DNA of 64,000 nucleotides from Polymyxa betae A26-41. Its lineage: Eukaryota > Protista > Endomyxa: Phytomyxea. The notes under the pieces are model-generated. The model saw nothing but the letters and a program-made list of their open reading frames with translations, was not told the origin of the DNA and did not search any database. The translations under genes and the position numbers were made by a program. Shown piece by piece: positions 38,601 to 52,614 of this stretch (position 1 is its first letter; the number at the start of each line of letters is the position of its first letter). The stretch is from NCBI GenBank assembly GCA_003693705.1, contig RBZT01000278.1, positions 1-64,000 of the forward strand. Reading direction: 5' to 3'.

Positions 38601-41490
38601 ACTTGAAATGAAAGACGTCTAATGAAATATTCAGTTAAGTAGCAGATACATAGGCCCACAAGCGTCAGACCATCATGAGATTCCTCCATTCACAGAAAAA
38701 CGCCGCCTTCAAGTACCGACGGCGCTTTCGCACCAGGTTCGTGAAATTCCACCAAATTGTCAGACACGACCTTAATGTGGGCAATCGCCGCCGGCAGCTG
38801 ATCAGATAAAGTTTCAAATGTAGCTGATGCAGGATGCCCAGGGCATTACGCCACAATTTCAGACAATCTTCTTTCTGAACGCGGACGCACACTGCATTTG
38901 TTACAGTTAAAAGACGCCTCACACCAAGACAGGACGTCCATCTACTCGGTATGAACACAGCACCAGAGCGAGAGCGGCATGGACCTTACCTATTCAACCA
39001 AAGACGAAAATATTGTGGTAGAAGGCGATTGCGTAATGAGGACCTGATTGAGTCAATGATCACAGAGAGATGGTTACAACGTTGTGTGAATCTCTTCCAG
39101 ACTTGTAACACGTTACGAACTGGCTGGGAGGCCCCGATTCGAACCATGACGGCAGCAGCCTGCGACCTGTATAATTCCAGTTTCCAAATTTTCAATATAT
39201 TTCTGCGACGTATATGAAAAACCTGACAGCACCACAGACATTAAACACGCATTGGATAGTATAGTCTACTTTACCTGGAATTCTAAATGATGTATTCGAG
39301 AGCTGTTCCTGCATCGGCAGTGCCATTTATAAACAGCTTGCTTCAGACGAAGCAGCAAAAAATGTCTTCTTGCAGTGGACACGCGAATTGATAATCGGAA
39401 GTTCAATTTCCAGTCACATAGCGAAGCTCGTAATAATCGCAATCGAATTCGACACGACAGCTGTGCCTTCACCTTGCCAAGTTCATCGAGCATTATCCGG
39501 AGCGCTTGAAACACACGACGCTGCATGCGCAAGCTAGCAATCGCATTGGCAGATATAAGTGATGCACGATACTGTTGACGTCGTAAAATCCAATCATACC
39601 ACCTTCTTAGACCATTAGAAGCCTGAAATTTCAGCCACGTTTCAGCACAAAGTTGAATTTGACGATGACGCCGGAGACGTTTTCGAACAAAATGGAACCA
39701 GTCATTGATAGCAACAACCGATCTCCTTTCGTTCTGCTGCAAATAAAATAGCGCTGAGATCTGTTTTATCCTACAGCAATAATCAGCCAAACATTACACG
39801 AATTTTTCATATACAAACTTGACTGATCGCAGAACGACAGTGAACCAGGAACGAATGCCAAGCCTCAAACGGACCACGTTCAAACCAGATTCGATATGTC
39901 GGAGACGATGGAATCTCGTGTACGACGATAAATAGCGCAAATATCGACGAAGACGATATTTCTGGAACTGTTCATGGGCAGATTGAATCCGTTCAGCCTT
40001 GAGTCGTTCCAGCTCAGCTAAGCGTCTTAAGACAGATAGAACCCAACGACATTGTATCCTCTCTCTAACAAAACAACATAGTTTGAATGCCGTTCTGGCC
40101 CCGTATTGATATCTCCAATCAGTGAAAGCATCATTTAGACTTCTCGTTCGACTTCTACCAATAAGTTGCTCTTCATGATCATGGCTCCTGTCAACAATTT
40201 GTTATTAACCACATTAAAATGCATTGCGAGATTGTTACTTTAAGCGAAGATTCACAAACCGTCTCCATACTCGAACCGCCTGCTTGAGTATTTGACGATA
40301 TCGGAACAACTCTACTAATTGGCTCTGGGCAAATGCAATCTTCCACATCTGAACAGATTCTGAGTGCCGATTTTGTGCAGCATCGACCTCGCCACCTTTA
40401 GATATCGTTTGTAAATGCATTCTTGGGTTCGATTGTGAAGTTGACGCCAGCTTTGGTGTGCTCGTGTCTGAGACCGCCATTCATAAAAAACCGCTTGCCT
40501 TCTCATGGTCGCCAATCTCAAAGCGAAAATTCTGCACGCGCTACTGGATAAGCAAGCGTGCTTCCAGACTGTCAGTATTCTCAACTGAAAGAGTGTCCTA
40601 ATTTGTCTGAAGGCCACAATCTTGCAAATGGCCCAATGATGCCATCCATGAAAGGCTTTCTTTTGTTGCATCGCACACCAATAATTCAATGCCAAAGCCA
40701 GATTCCGATTCTCGACGACAATCCATTCCTGTTTTCTACGCCAGCTTCGAAACGCCCTGTGCCTCATAAATTGATTGGCAATAGACTTCATCGCACCCGA
40801 ATACGATCGCCAACGACGGAATATGCGCCGTTGAAGTACATTTTTACAGACCGAATCGGCTTTAATAAGCTTTGTGGCGATTTGTCTTTGCTCGGCTATC
40901 TCGGTCTTCGCCTCCTTCACAACCCGATGCCATTCCCGAAAAATCATCTCAACTTCAGATTCCACTCGGTCTTCAGACTCACGTTCGATTGGGGAAATCG
41001 TACTCGGAGATCCAACCCCAGTTACGGAACGAGTAAGCTCACCAGAATGTGCACCTTCATCAAACCATTTCGCGAGTGGCAGACCTTTGACAGCAAAACT
41101 GCAATGATGATCGCTGGTCGGACTGAAAGGGGTAACCTGTTGTCCCGTTGGCTTTAGGGACGCTTCTTGGCAGGACGAACTCTGTCGCCTCTCAATATTC
41201 AGCTTGAAGCTCCCTAAAAACTAATCAAACAACGGTTTGAATAACAGAAAGAACATACAACAGCTTCCAGGAAATCGACTGATTCTTAGAATAGCAGCGT
41301 ATACAATTTGACCGTCAACCGGTGGTAATTTCCTTTCCTCTATTAGAAAGTTATACTGACGGAGGACATCGTAAAGCGTCGGGTCAGCTGATTCGTTTTC
41401 AGCTCGTTTGACAATTTCCGAGAGCAGATCGAAATGGCGGAACGAAAGGGCGTCACGATCCACAACCTGGGCGGATTCGTTGATTGTCAT
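32634..41490 (-). CDS. SFI1: Giant Sfi1-like centrin-binding repeat protein
   Basis: N-terminus FDLLSEIVKRAE..LYDVLRQYNFLIEERKL..GQIVYAAILRI resembles fungal Sfi1 N-termini. It is followed by dozens of Arg-rich repeats ending (F/L)xxW(R/K) over ~8 kb; last exon DEPDEDMTLWPQPPRSRVR*. Confidence 0.75.
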
Positions 41491-42027
41491 AAGTAGGTTG
41501 GAAACAGGACCGGATTCATTAGGCGATACAGACCATTGGAATGTACCTTTAATTGCAATGATGCCGACGTAGGACGACAATGCAATGAATCTTACTTATG
41601 GGACCTGGTAATCTTCAGTCTGTGAATGACAGAGACAGGCAATGTTATTGTTACATGAGCACTCACTCCAGTCAACTCCTATCATCAATCCTGCTCTGTA
41701 TTAAAGATTCCTGCCAGAATTTATTCACAACATAAAAGATAGATATAGCCATTGTGCATGGCAATACCTGTGGAATGGTTTGTGAATCTTGACGTTGGGA
41801 AAGGTTTGCTCTATTGCAAGTCCAGTCTCTATCGGCTTCGCAGCAAAAGAAATGCCAGACAGAGTGTAGTTCGGGAGCAACATAATGGTATCATGTAGGC
41901 CTTATAGGAAAGCTGTTGAACTGTATAGAAAGAGGACAGATTTCAAATTAACAAATTACAATGGTTATGCCGTGAATCGTGGTTGGTAGCGGGGACTGCT
42001 ATACCGTCGCTTATCACTGTTATCGTA

Positions 42028-42511
42028 ATGATATGGTTCAACCGGCGAATTCTATCGACAGTCTTTAGACCACAGCAACGGATCCGCTGGCTAAAGACCG
42101 AGCCTGAAACACGGTCAGATCCGCTACTATCGCTGACGGATTCTTGCAGGCAGGTCGAGGTATACTTTGCTGTCGTTGTCGTCTTATTTAGCCCTATCTT
42201 AGAGGCTAGAACAAATTCGAGCCAGTAGGAGAGTCGATCGTATACTATTAAGGCTGAGCGTCACCTCTGGAGGGTGTGAAGGGTTCTCATATTCGTTCAG
42301 TTTCGTGGATCCACCGATTACAGAGCTCGATGATCACATATTTGGTCCTGACAACGCCCAAGTTGCCATTGATAATTCATCGTTGGAACTTGTGAAGGGA
42401 TCCACTATTGATTACACACAAGAGATGATCAGGTCTGCGTTTACTGTTTTAAACAATCCGAATTCGGAATCTAGCTGCGGCTGTGGTTCCAGCTTCTCTC
42501 CAAAACTATAA
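42028..42511 (+). CDS. ISCA2: Mitochondrial A-type iron-sulfur cluster assembly protein (Isa2-like)
   Basis: Presequence-like MIWFNRRILSTVFRP; LRLSVTSGGCEGFSYSF; SLELVKGSTIDYTQEMIRSAFTVLNNPNSESSCGCGSSF; one intron. Confidence 0.92.
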
Positions 42512-42636
42512 TTGCCAATATTCAAATCTTTCCTAATGTCTCATGGTATCAACAGTAATTGCAAATTCAATCAATCTTTATGTATTAATATTTGTAATGA
42601 TTCCAAATTCCTTTTTAATCTGGCATTTTGTATAGC

Positions 42637-45600
42637 CTATGTCAATTCAATTTTCTCAAACTCTACTCCTTCTTTTAACAGCCGAAATATTGTCGCTGCT
42701 GATTCTTTCTCGCGGCTCAAAGATGGTGGATACTTTGATGATCCGAGACTTGATTTCCCTTCGTCCAGTAACGGGATTATTTGAGCAGAAATAGGATGCA
42801 GTAGCTGTTCCTCTTTTTTCTTGAATTTTTGTTCGCTGATTCCCGACGAATAGGTATCTGTCAAAGTCCGATTGCGTTTCCGCAGAAGGAGCGTTTGTCG
42901 ATATCGACATGGCAATTCCACGTTGCTGTATATTCCAAATAATGATGGATCAGGTGGCAACATTTTAGAAAGTTCACGTAAATGCTTTCTAATGCTGGTA
43001 GACATATGCCCACCGACAGCCATAGTTTGTGCTTCCTGTGAAAGTTTGTGACATCTCGACGGAATGTTATGCCTCACTCACGTACCTGAAGAATTCGTCG
43101 CCGCTTTTCAAATCGTTTTCTGCCTCGAAATGGCACACACGATCTCCATCTTAATCTTTGAATGGCTGGCTCAAATACAAATGCAATTCGAGCAGCATCT
43201 TGAATATTTTCAAAGACGTTCGTGAGTCCTTCAAACAATCGATGGCTTAGATTATCAACGAATGTCAATAGATCGGCCTCAGGATTGTATTCCGATTCTG
43301 AGTTTCGCCATAGGTCGTAAGCCAATGAAATCAGAGCGAAGTCTGCCACAGAGTTTTGCACATTTCGATTTGTTTTGTATCGATCCGTTACTAATGTCCT
43401 CTCGGATCGGGGCTCATGATCGTTGCTTTGTAGTAGCGCTATCTTCTCCTCTAATGACAAAAATTCGAGTAGGGCTGCAATGGAAATTGCACTATGTCGA
43501 TGGAGTTGCCTATTAGTTCATGTAAGGTATATGCAAATCACACAAAGCATTATACTGTACTCTATACTCTGTTTCGACGCAATACTGAAAGATTTTCCAT
43601 CCATTGCTGAGATCCACCCTGACGGGTCGCTACTGCTTTCGGCAGCAATTGGTTCAACGGTCTATTTCGTAATTTAAATTGGTGAAAATGCACGGATCGT
43701 CTGGCTTACTTCTTGTGTACAAAAAGCTGGCATCTTCATCCGCAAAGCTACTACTCGCGAACTTTTCGAAAACAATGATCTGTACATACCAATTTTCGGT
43801 AGCTCACGCCGTAGACCACAGCAAGACAAATTAGAATCGAATTCTCCTTCTTCGTCTTCATGAACAACAGCATAGTATATATAGTTGCCATCGCCAGTTT
43901 GCAGCTGTTTGATCGCCTTTCGAGCAACTCGTTCTGAGCAAAACCTTTACTCGTAATCACATTATATTCACAGTGTTTACCTTCAATATTCGGGAAGTTC
44001 CATGCTATTATTTTCTCATTAAGTACAGGTGCCGAATAATCAGTCCCAATCAGGAAAGAAGCGAGTGAGTATTTATCGAATTTTCCTGTGATTATAACAC
44101 CAGCCGACGGATTATTCAACAGATGTTGGGATATATAATGTGAAGGGAATCGAAGCAGATCTCCATCATTATTTGACGCCGCAATCACTATGCGACACCT
44201 CTTCAGCCAATCACTGTAAGAAATGTCAGCGAAAGCTTAAAATTCTGATGAAAGCTACAAACGGCGCGGCGTTGAGTTCTAGGGTGTCACGATCAACATT
44301 GTAAGTTAGGAGTGACAATCCCAGTTCCGAAGCTACTGAGTTCCAGAATGCGTAATCTAACTACCAAGAGCGTCACTAAAAGATAAGGATGAAGGCTTGC
44401 AAATGCATATACATACCTGACAGAAAGTCAAAGTAGTAATCAGCAGAATATCAGCCCTGATCAAGGGAGAATCACACATTGGATTTGGAATGCATCCTAT
44501 TTCTCCCCGTATAGTTTCAGCAGATGCCCCATTCAGAAAAAGCCGAATCTATTTTCGGTCAGAAAATCGTGTTAATTGTTTTTATATAATTCAGCAAACC
44601 TGGACAGGCAAGGCGGCGTATAAGCATTTATTAGCCTCTTCAACTACTTCTATTTCAAATTTTATAATTTCATGAGCTCCACTTTCGATTGATACGATCT
44701 GGATAATAGCTGTCGAAATGGACAATCTAAAATAATGTAAGACACAGCTGGATTTCTATAACCAGTGGAAAATACCTCTGACGAATGGATCTGAGATTAA
44801 TATCACGGGATGAATCTATAGAATGCCTTAACAAACAGCCTAATTGCACTTCAACATCGATTCTTCCACGATGATTCCGTCCATAAGAACGAGGTGAAAC
44901 ATTCTCAGCTGTTAGTTGAAGTGGAATCAGATCCTTGGAATATTGCTATAAAAAGTGATGCTCCTTGCCTGTTATGATGACAGAACCCCTTTCACCAGGC
45001 CCTACAACAATAGTAAGCTCTGCATAAAAAAAAAAACCGTTACCCAAAGCTGGAGGGATGCAGACATTCTGAAAGCGTATTGGATACTGGAGCGTGATAT
45101 GTAATTGTGCATCCGGGCCAACAATTCGATCGAATAAGATGATGGAAGCAGTTATAGGTAGGTCGCCTGTATATGCTAATGGTAATGGCAAATGCAAAGG
45201 ACGCTTGTTAATGTTGTAATGTTGACCGGGTGATAATGCAGGTAACACTGTTACACCTGATGAGAAATATCGCAACTTTCATTATAATAACATTACCTAT
45301 ATGTGTAGATGAACTAACACATGATACCTGTAGTATCGACCCTCGAGGTAATGTCACATCTCCATCGTTGACAACCTCAATGTTATCGATAATCAATTCA
45401 GATCCTGGTTCGAACACCCTGAATCTCGTCAGTTTTAGGGAAACTCTGGCGAACGTCATACCCATTGCTACAGTCGTCATTGAATTGCATAGAAAGTATA
45501 CGTCCTAAAAACTTGCAGGCTCCTTTCTCCAGAATGTTTTTTTTAGATGATTCTACCTAAATTATCATATCACATTAAAGCTTGATGCTAGACTACGCAT

Positions 45601-46515
45601 ACAATGAAAGAAACGGATCCATCTAACCCGTCCAAGCCCTTCTGTCCCGATCCTGAAAATGCTCTTAGTGACCAAGCAGTTGCTTTGTCATATCGAGTAG
45701 TAATAACCTGAATGGCGACCAGGGACACCAGGTAAGCCACCCCGCCCACCACGATTCTCAATCTAACAACCACTTTAGTGCCCAAGCAATGATTGTAGGC
45801 AACGAACATCGATGAGTGCAAGGAGTACTGGGTTTTGGGTAGAAATAATTAAATTTCCTCCATCGCCTCCATTTCCTGTGAACACAAACGTCGTAGTTCG
45901 GAGTCACACGATTTCCAAACACTTACCGCCATTACCGGCATCCCCTCCTTTCAATCCTTCTCTTAGTGCATCCTCACCATCACCACCATTACCTGCTCGT
46001 ATATTTAACTAGATCAAATATTCTCATTCGAACCGAACCTCCAGCTCCACCGACACATCGAATTAACACGATCTCATTTCGATCTAAAAGAAAGCGATTT
46101 ATGTCTTCTCCCACTTGAATGCTCAAATGATTGATGCTGCCGCTAATTAAAAAGGACCCGCTGAACTACAGGAATCTGTTAGAGATCTTCTATGCCGAAT
46201 TTTCAATAATGTACAGCATTTTGTCCAGGATAACCATCTTCACCGTTGTTGTTAGCCTGATTCGGCAGAGGAAGTTGCTCCCCGCCACGGGCACCATTTT
46301 TCCCATCTAATCCGCTTAGATCCAGAACGTAACGGACCTATAAAGGACAGCGATCTAGTGTTATAATTCGGTATCCAGTTTGAAAATCGTAATCTCAGAA
46401 CTTGGTTAGGATTCGTCATCACACAGCTGTTGAGCTTTGTACCAGGATTAACGTCCACATTTGGATGCATCTGTCTATCAACTTGAATTTCGCAGCTCTT
46501 CGCTTGATTCTCCAT
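42637..46515 (-). CDS. Large uncharacterised protein with Gly-rich N-terminus and Ig-like beta domains (DUF7932-like)
   Basis: LDLSGLDGKNGARGG..GEDGYPGQNA, GNGGDGEDA..GGDAGNGG, GSGQKGLDGLDGSV, then VFEPGSELIIDNIEVVNDGDVTLP, similar to fungal DUF7932-type proteins; many introns; ends approximate. Confidence 0.55.
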
Positions 46516-47029
46516 TTAAATGGTCGTGTGACAAGATGTAGTTCGATATTTGCTGCAAACTTCCATTGGGTGCTGGAAGAGTCCTTTAAAACAAAATTTG
46601 TTTTTTTGAAGTCATGAAGAATAAACGCGTTAAGTAAAGATGCTTCATTGCAGGTGCATCGATCAACGGAACGTATAATATCATTTACCAGTCAAACAGG
46701 AACAAAGTGGTAGTCCAATGGAACGATTGTCTAATTAAACCAAGAAATAAGGTCGGCAGTGACAAATGGTGGGGTGAGAGCAATCGATTTACCGAAGGCT
46801 TTGTCGGTTCTAGAAGCATAACAGCTTGATGATGAAATGCAGACATCATCATAGACTATCCACATCAATTTTACTCGTTCCGAAACTGCAATCCACATCG
46901 TGAAATTCACATTCTTTGAGAATGTCGCGATTCAACGCTGCAAATTGAATGAACACCTAAACCATTCTTTGCAAAACAACTTGAACGAGAGTGCAGACAA
47001 GCGTTTAATTCTAAAATTTTAAATTAGCT

Positions 47030-49228
47030 CTAAATCTTCATACGATTGCTGTAGTCCAACTGCCTTTTGACAGGTAGGCCGCTATTAATCACGTATTGCA
47101 CAGAAAGCAGTTGGGCTCCTCTTAATCCACCTCCGGTAATATCGCAGAGTTCATCTGCTAGATCTTCTTGAAATTGTTCTGTTAGGGTTATATCTTCTTC
47201 TTCAGCTGGGATATAATCAGGGTCGTCATCTTCTTGATCCGAAGATGTCCAGTTTTCTTCGTCTGCCAAATTTTAAATATAAAATTTGAAACGATCGAGT
47301 ATTCTCACCTTCATCGCTTGGGCCAGCATTAGAGCTTGAATGCAGCTGGTCAAGAATTGCTGCAATCTGTTGTTGCGTCTCTTCGGTGTCAATCGATGTA
47401 TATTTGAATGCGGATACAGCATTCAACATTTGGGCCCTTTGCTTCAGCTTCGAGCGAGAGAGAATCGATATAAATGTTCCACAAACGAAATGACGGACCT
47501 AATCACATTAATTGAAACATAATCGACTTGATTTTCATAGCAACCTCTGCACTTCTAACTTCGAGGAGATCGATTAATAGCGAGACCATATCAACTTCGC
47601 TATTCTCGAAGCTGATCTTGCCATTCGTTCGCAAAGACAGATTGAACAATAGGGCTGTCGCAAATTCTACAGCTTCCTCTGATAACTGGCGAAACTTGGA
47701 TAGAACCTTGCCAATATACTCTACAACACCTGAACCGGATAAATCAACGCGCCAAGCCAACCTTTTAGGTCGAACTTACCAAAATCGATCATTTGCGATT
47801 CTGGAACACGACGCATTGAGAATTTTTGCAGTATGCACAAAGAGTTTAAATGGATGTCACTATTGACGTCAGAGTTATTCATCATAGTGGAGCACAGCAG
47901 TTTCGTTAGATTTGGATCTTGTAATAGGTAGGATCGCCCGCTGAGAAAGAGAATTAATGACATCTCGAAAAAGAAAATACTTAGCAGTACCTATAGTAGT
48001 TGGCGAGAGCTGAGATAAGACGTAAAGCACTATCCTTAACAATATCGTCGCTGGATTCCAGTAAGCATGTGAGCAGCGCTCCTTTCCTATAAAAACGCTG
48101 AACAGGTGAGCAATCATATTGAGGAACAACCTACTGCTCGTATGATCCCCTTATGTCTGCACAATGAAATAAATCATTATCTATATACTCTTCAAGAACA
48201 GCGCGTCGAATAGAATGTGGTTGTGATTGTGTCAGGTTCCATCTTAATGCTTGTAGCAGCTCGGCTTTCCTGAATTCCGAGACATGACTACAAAGTACCT
48301 GTCATTTCTGTCAAAAATCAGGTAAAACTTTTGGATAGTTGAGTACGTTTGATATTCTGGCAATATCAAGATTTTTAACAGGATATGACCCCGGCTGTAG
48401 AATTGAATAGGTGGATGTTTCGGGCTCAGAAGAGCCTTCTTGCTAAAATCGTTTCAGAACAAATCAGCGATAAACATTGCACAAACCTGATCTATAATGT
48501 GCATATCTGTCTTTTTGTCAGATATTGGCATATTGTCCTTAAACATTTGAATTAACAAGGGCACTTTGGGTTGTTTAACACGGATGTTATCTTCTAAAAA
48601 CCCTATATATTCAAGCTGTAATTCTTCGACCCAGGATTCCTAAAGTGCATCGACTCAATATTCCTGAATTAATCGAACCTACACCTAACGAACTTTGAAT
48701 AGATGCATAAATGATTCGTGAACTTTGGGATCTGAAACGAACGGAAGTGCATAGAATGGCAGGCATTCGGGAGCAACATCAACCCTTTTGGAATATTCTT
48801 CCAAAAAATGGCTGAACTCCTTCATTGAAGTCGAAGTTCTGGAACCATCCTAACAGGTGCACGTTATGTTTTAGTGCTTACTACGTATAAAGATGCCGAA
48901 CCATTTCATGTAAGATCGGATAAATAGCGAAATAGACATGAATGTAAAACCCAAGCTTAGGGGGCGGATGATTAGGTAGAAACTCATTCCAGAGGGCAAT
49001 AGTTGCATTCCGATCTCCGTTATCGAATGCTTTCACAACTTCATTCTAAGCACGTTCGTTAACATATACGCCAGTTAAAGATTGCCAGCTCACAATCTGC
49101 TTTCGTTTGCGATTGTTGATGCCAATGTTGAAGGCATGGGAGCGACGTTCCTCCTTGAAGAGGTCGACAACGTTATCAAGACCTTCGTATTGCAGATAAT
49201 CAATGATAGCTTCGTCAATACGCTGCAT
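47030..49228 (-). CDS. ARMC9: LisH domain-containing armadillo-repeat ciliary protein
   Basis: N-terminal LisH IDEAIIDYLQYEGLDNVVDLFKEE; FYALPFVSDPKVHESF; LQKFSMRRVPESQMID; EFATALLFNLSLRTNGK; acidic linker then GAQLL. Confidence 0.85.
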
Positions 49229-49378
49229 GATTGATTATAAAGAGAACAGGCTGTAACGTATGACAGGTCGCTGCGGCAATACATGTAATGAGTTGTGCTA
49301 ATCTGAGGCCTCTTACCCCCTTGATCGCGACCATATCCTTCTATTTTGTCACGACAACGTTCGAGGCATGGGAAGTAT

Positions 49379-50821
49379 TTATTCAGGTTGGATATAAGGT
49401 TGGAAATCACATTCTGATAACGCACCTTCTATGGATAATGACAGTCTCCACGACTCGCCAACCAAAGGTGTGAAGTTGTTTCCCCAGAGCATCAAAGCGG
49501 TCAGTGGCCCAATATTTCGGCTGCCAACTACGTTGGACAGTGCAATGAGTCCTTGTTCGCCGAGACTGGTGTAGCTTAGATCCAACCTAAATTGTTTCTC
49601 TGATTCACAGGCATTTCCCAACTTCGGATCCGCAATTACCTTTGTAAAGTCCTGTTGTTATGCAGTGACGAAGCAATTGCCTTCCCCCCTTGGTCGATTA
49701 ATCTATTTCCAGACAGGTCTAGGCTAATTAATGATAAATTGCCTAAATTCTCTGCAATATGTATGGCTCCGTCAGAACCAATTTGGTTACTAGCAGCATC
49801 CCTTTAGACTAACTTTGTTGTATCAATCCTCTCTTACCATCTTAAGCTTAAATACTTCAGAGTTTCGTTTGATTTGAGGCCACGAATGAGCCATTCAACC
49901 CCTTCGTCTCGAATACGATGTTTGGACAGATCCAACATTATCAATGTCTTATTGAACGACAGCATTGCTGATAGATGGACTGATACCTCATCTTCTAACG
50001 ATGCTATACGTGCATTGCTTATCAGTAATTTCTGTTTCAAAAGACAGTTAACACCAAAAATAGCCTAATTATTTGCTGTTAACCTCAACGCTATCGTTTG
50101 TTTGAAGCGATTTAGCAATTTGGACCACTGCCCCGATCTCCATCTCAGTGTTGTTTAAATTCAGTCGCTTAAGGACAGATCCTGGTTTGCCTATAACCCT
50201 CCCGATTGCACAAATCCCTATCGCCGATATCATCCTGCAAGCAGAGAATTGAGCGTTTTATACCAGAATCGCCAATTGGGTTATCACTAAGATTCAGATC
50301 TGTTACTGTTTTTTGACCTTCTAAAGCATGAGCCAACGCTAAACCGCCTAATTCGCCAATCTCATTTGCGTGTAAGCTCAAGTTCGCAATGGATTGCGTG
50401 CTCTGTGAAGCAAATCAAACAGCCGAAATCACAGCAGCGTGATCGACCTTTAACATGACGCCAAGCGCTTTAGCACCATTATTTCCTATATTGTTGAGAC
50501 TTAGATCGATCAAGACGAAAGGGGCGTCAGGAAATGTAGCTAATGATTCCGACAGCGCAAACACATCGTCATCAGCTATTTTATCATTTGACGAGAGATT
50601 TCTCCCATTAAGATGTAAGCATGTAAGATTGGATCTTCAATAAAGCGGTCAGCGACTGCTTGGTCATAGCAAACGATTTCAAACCCGTTTCGTAGCGCTT
50701 GCTCCAGTATTTGCACGATCAGAAAATGTGGATCGTCACCAAACTGATCACATTTGCTACGGTACTGCTCGTAAAAATACTCTAAAGCTCCTTCTTCACC
50801 TGCAATTCGCATGGTGGCCAT
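49379..50821 (-). CDS. LRRC34: Leucine-rich repeat protein 34-like (RNI-type LRRs)
   Basis: YRSKCDQFGDDPHFLIVQIL, EDEVSVHLSAMLSFNKTLIMLDLSKHRIRDEG and LWGNNF..CDFQPYI are collinear with LRRC34. Confidence 0.75.
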
Positions 50822-51074
50822 CTTGACACCGGCAAGTATTACCAATTGAAAATCAGGTACTGATCGCGACCTTTTAATCTGCTATCATTTTGTGTCTGCA
50901 CTGCAGTAGATCCAAACCTAGGCACTATTGTGCATAAATGCAATTAGAGAGATGAATGGTACAGACACTCTACGATACACATAACGATCATGTCGTAGCA
51001 CTGATAATTGTTGTCGACGCATATTCTGCCTTATCTATGCTCTAGAGTTCAGAGGCACTGTGCTTCTTCTGTCC

Positions 51075-52228
51075 ATGAGCGCTATACTCAAGGCATATGA
51101 GGACTTCGTCCGAGACCATGAGGCGTTCATTGCAGCCCTGGATGACATGGCTCGAAGCTTATTACTGCTGATTCCGGGGCGGTACGGCCGCTCGGAACTG
51201 GCTAGCGAATCGCTTCACGTGCTATTGAATCTGGTTACATTTCATCATAATCTGATTCTGGGCCGCCCCCGTGCGTTTTCAGCATTACTGTCTGTCCCTT
51301 CTACGTCAAAGACTAATGCCTTGCAGAATTTGCTGGCCATTATTCAGAATATCGAAATTTTGCTAGAAATGCTTGCCAAAATCAGAATGTCAACCAAAAA
51401 CCGTTGGCGCTTCATTTTATTGATGGAATCGCTGAAAGTAAATCGACGGCTTCAAATTGTTGAAAATGTTTTCGGCTAATTGTGAATAGGCTGCGATTCG
51501 CTTAGCATTAGTACATGAAAACAAAGGCGCGATGGTGATGCAAGCCACCCCCGATGAAGCGTTATGCCTTGTAGAAGGAGACACTAATGTTGAATGTTCG
51601 GGTTCATCGTCCCGGTTTGCTGATATTATTGGTATGTCCTGTAAGAGGTTTCTTAGTATTGGCTAAAACATGATTTAGACATGTATCGGAGACATGGCAG
51701 ATCTGCAGTTCGCCCCCATGGCGTCTTCTGCTCGCCTTCAATTAAATATGGCAAGGTCACGCCGTTTCAACTTGCTTCTGAGATTCTGTTTATTGTCCGG
51801 CCGGTTATTTATGTCAGCGGCGTTCTCAAATATTCCCTGAGATCATGGAAACCTTTCTTTGCGGCTTTGCTTACAGACGTCATGAGTCGTGGTTTGATAG
51901 GGAAGATGAATGATATGACTCCGAGGCAACGTCAAGAAGTCGGTCATTTATATTAGCGGCCTACCTTCTCCTTACCTGCTTTATAGGTTCATCGTCGAAC
52001 GTTTCTGTGGCTCTTTTATCTGCTGAGGTCACCATGTTTCGAAAATTATACTATGTATCCGCTAATTAAGTCGCTGTCTTTGTGTGAAAAGCTTCCTCTT
52101 ATTGGTGTCCTGTTCGGTAAGGAACCACCTTGGTTGCTGTTAGCAGTTTCCTGAAGCTTCATGCAGGTAACTGCCTTGAATTGGCAGAATCCCTCCAATC
52201 ACATTATTTTTACACTTCGGCGTCCTAA
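51075..52228 (+). CDS. PEX16: Peroxisomal membrane biogenesis protein 16
   Basis: LKAYEDFVRDH..RSLLLLIPGRYGRSELASE, EILFIVRPVIY, WLFYLLRSPCFENYT, HYFYTSAS*. Confidence 0.93.
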
Positions 52229-52614
52229 ATTCTCGTTTATCAAATTGTATACAGATCATAAGCATAAACTGTTTATCTATTTTGAACCTTAAGTATCAAA
52301 CGATTCGCTTCGATACTATCTCCTCCGTTTTTTCTTTGAAATAACGCACAACGCTAAGCGTTTGATAGCTCATTGTGGTAAGTATAACCTGAGGACTGGG
52401 TGGTAGTCTACTTCCCCAATGATTGCATCTGCATGGCTCATATGAAATACTTACAACAGCGCGGAAGCTGTATTTTTCAGGTAGTACTTGTGCTGGCCCT
52501 TAAAAATATCTTTTGGGTACTGCTCTTACTCAACAAGGAAACTTATTCAACAATGGAATATTCAGTGTTATGGTCTGTCTGCGCTCAATTGTGATCAAAA
52601 CCTACACTCAATTA

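Noticed and set aside
40558-41157. 199-aa plus-strand ORF and similar long antisense ORFs (7203-7655, 18274-18678, 34067-34459, 53291-53749)
   Set aside because: These are shadows of recognisable minus-strand genes with no motifs of their own.
45400-45425. tRNA T-arm-like GGTTCGA
   Set aside because: Lies within coding sequence (FEPGSE on the minus strand) and forms no cloverleaf.
52370-52470. U1 snRNA-like ATACTTAC motifs on both strands
   Set aside because: They do not continue as ATACTTACCTG and no U1 stem-loops or Sm site are evident.
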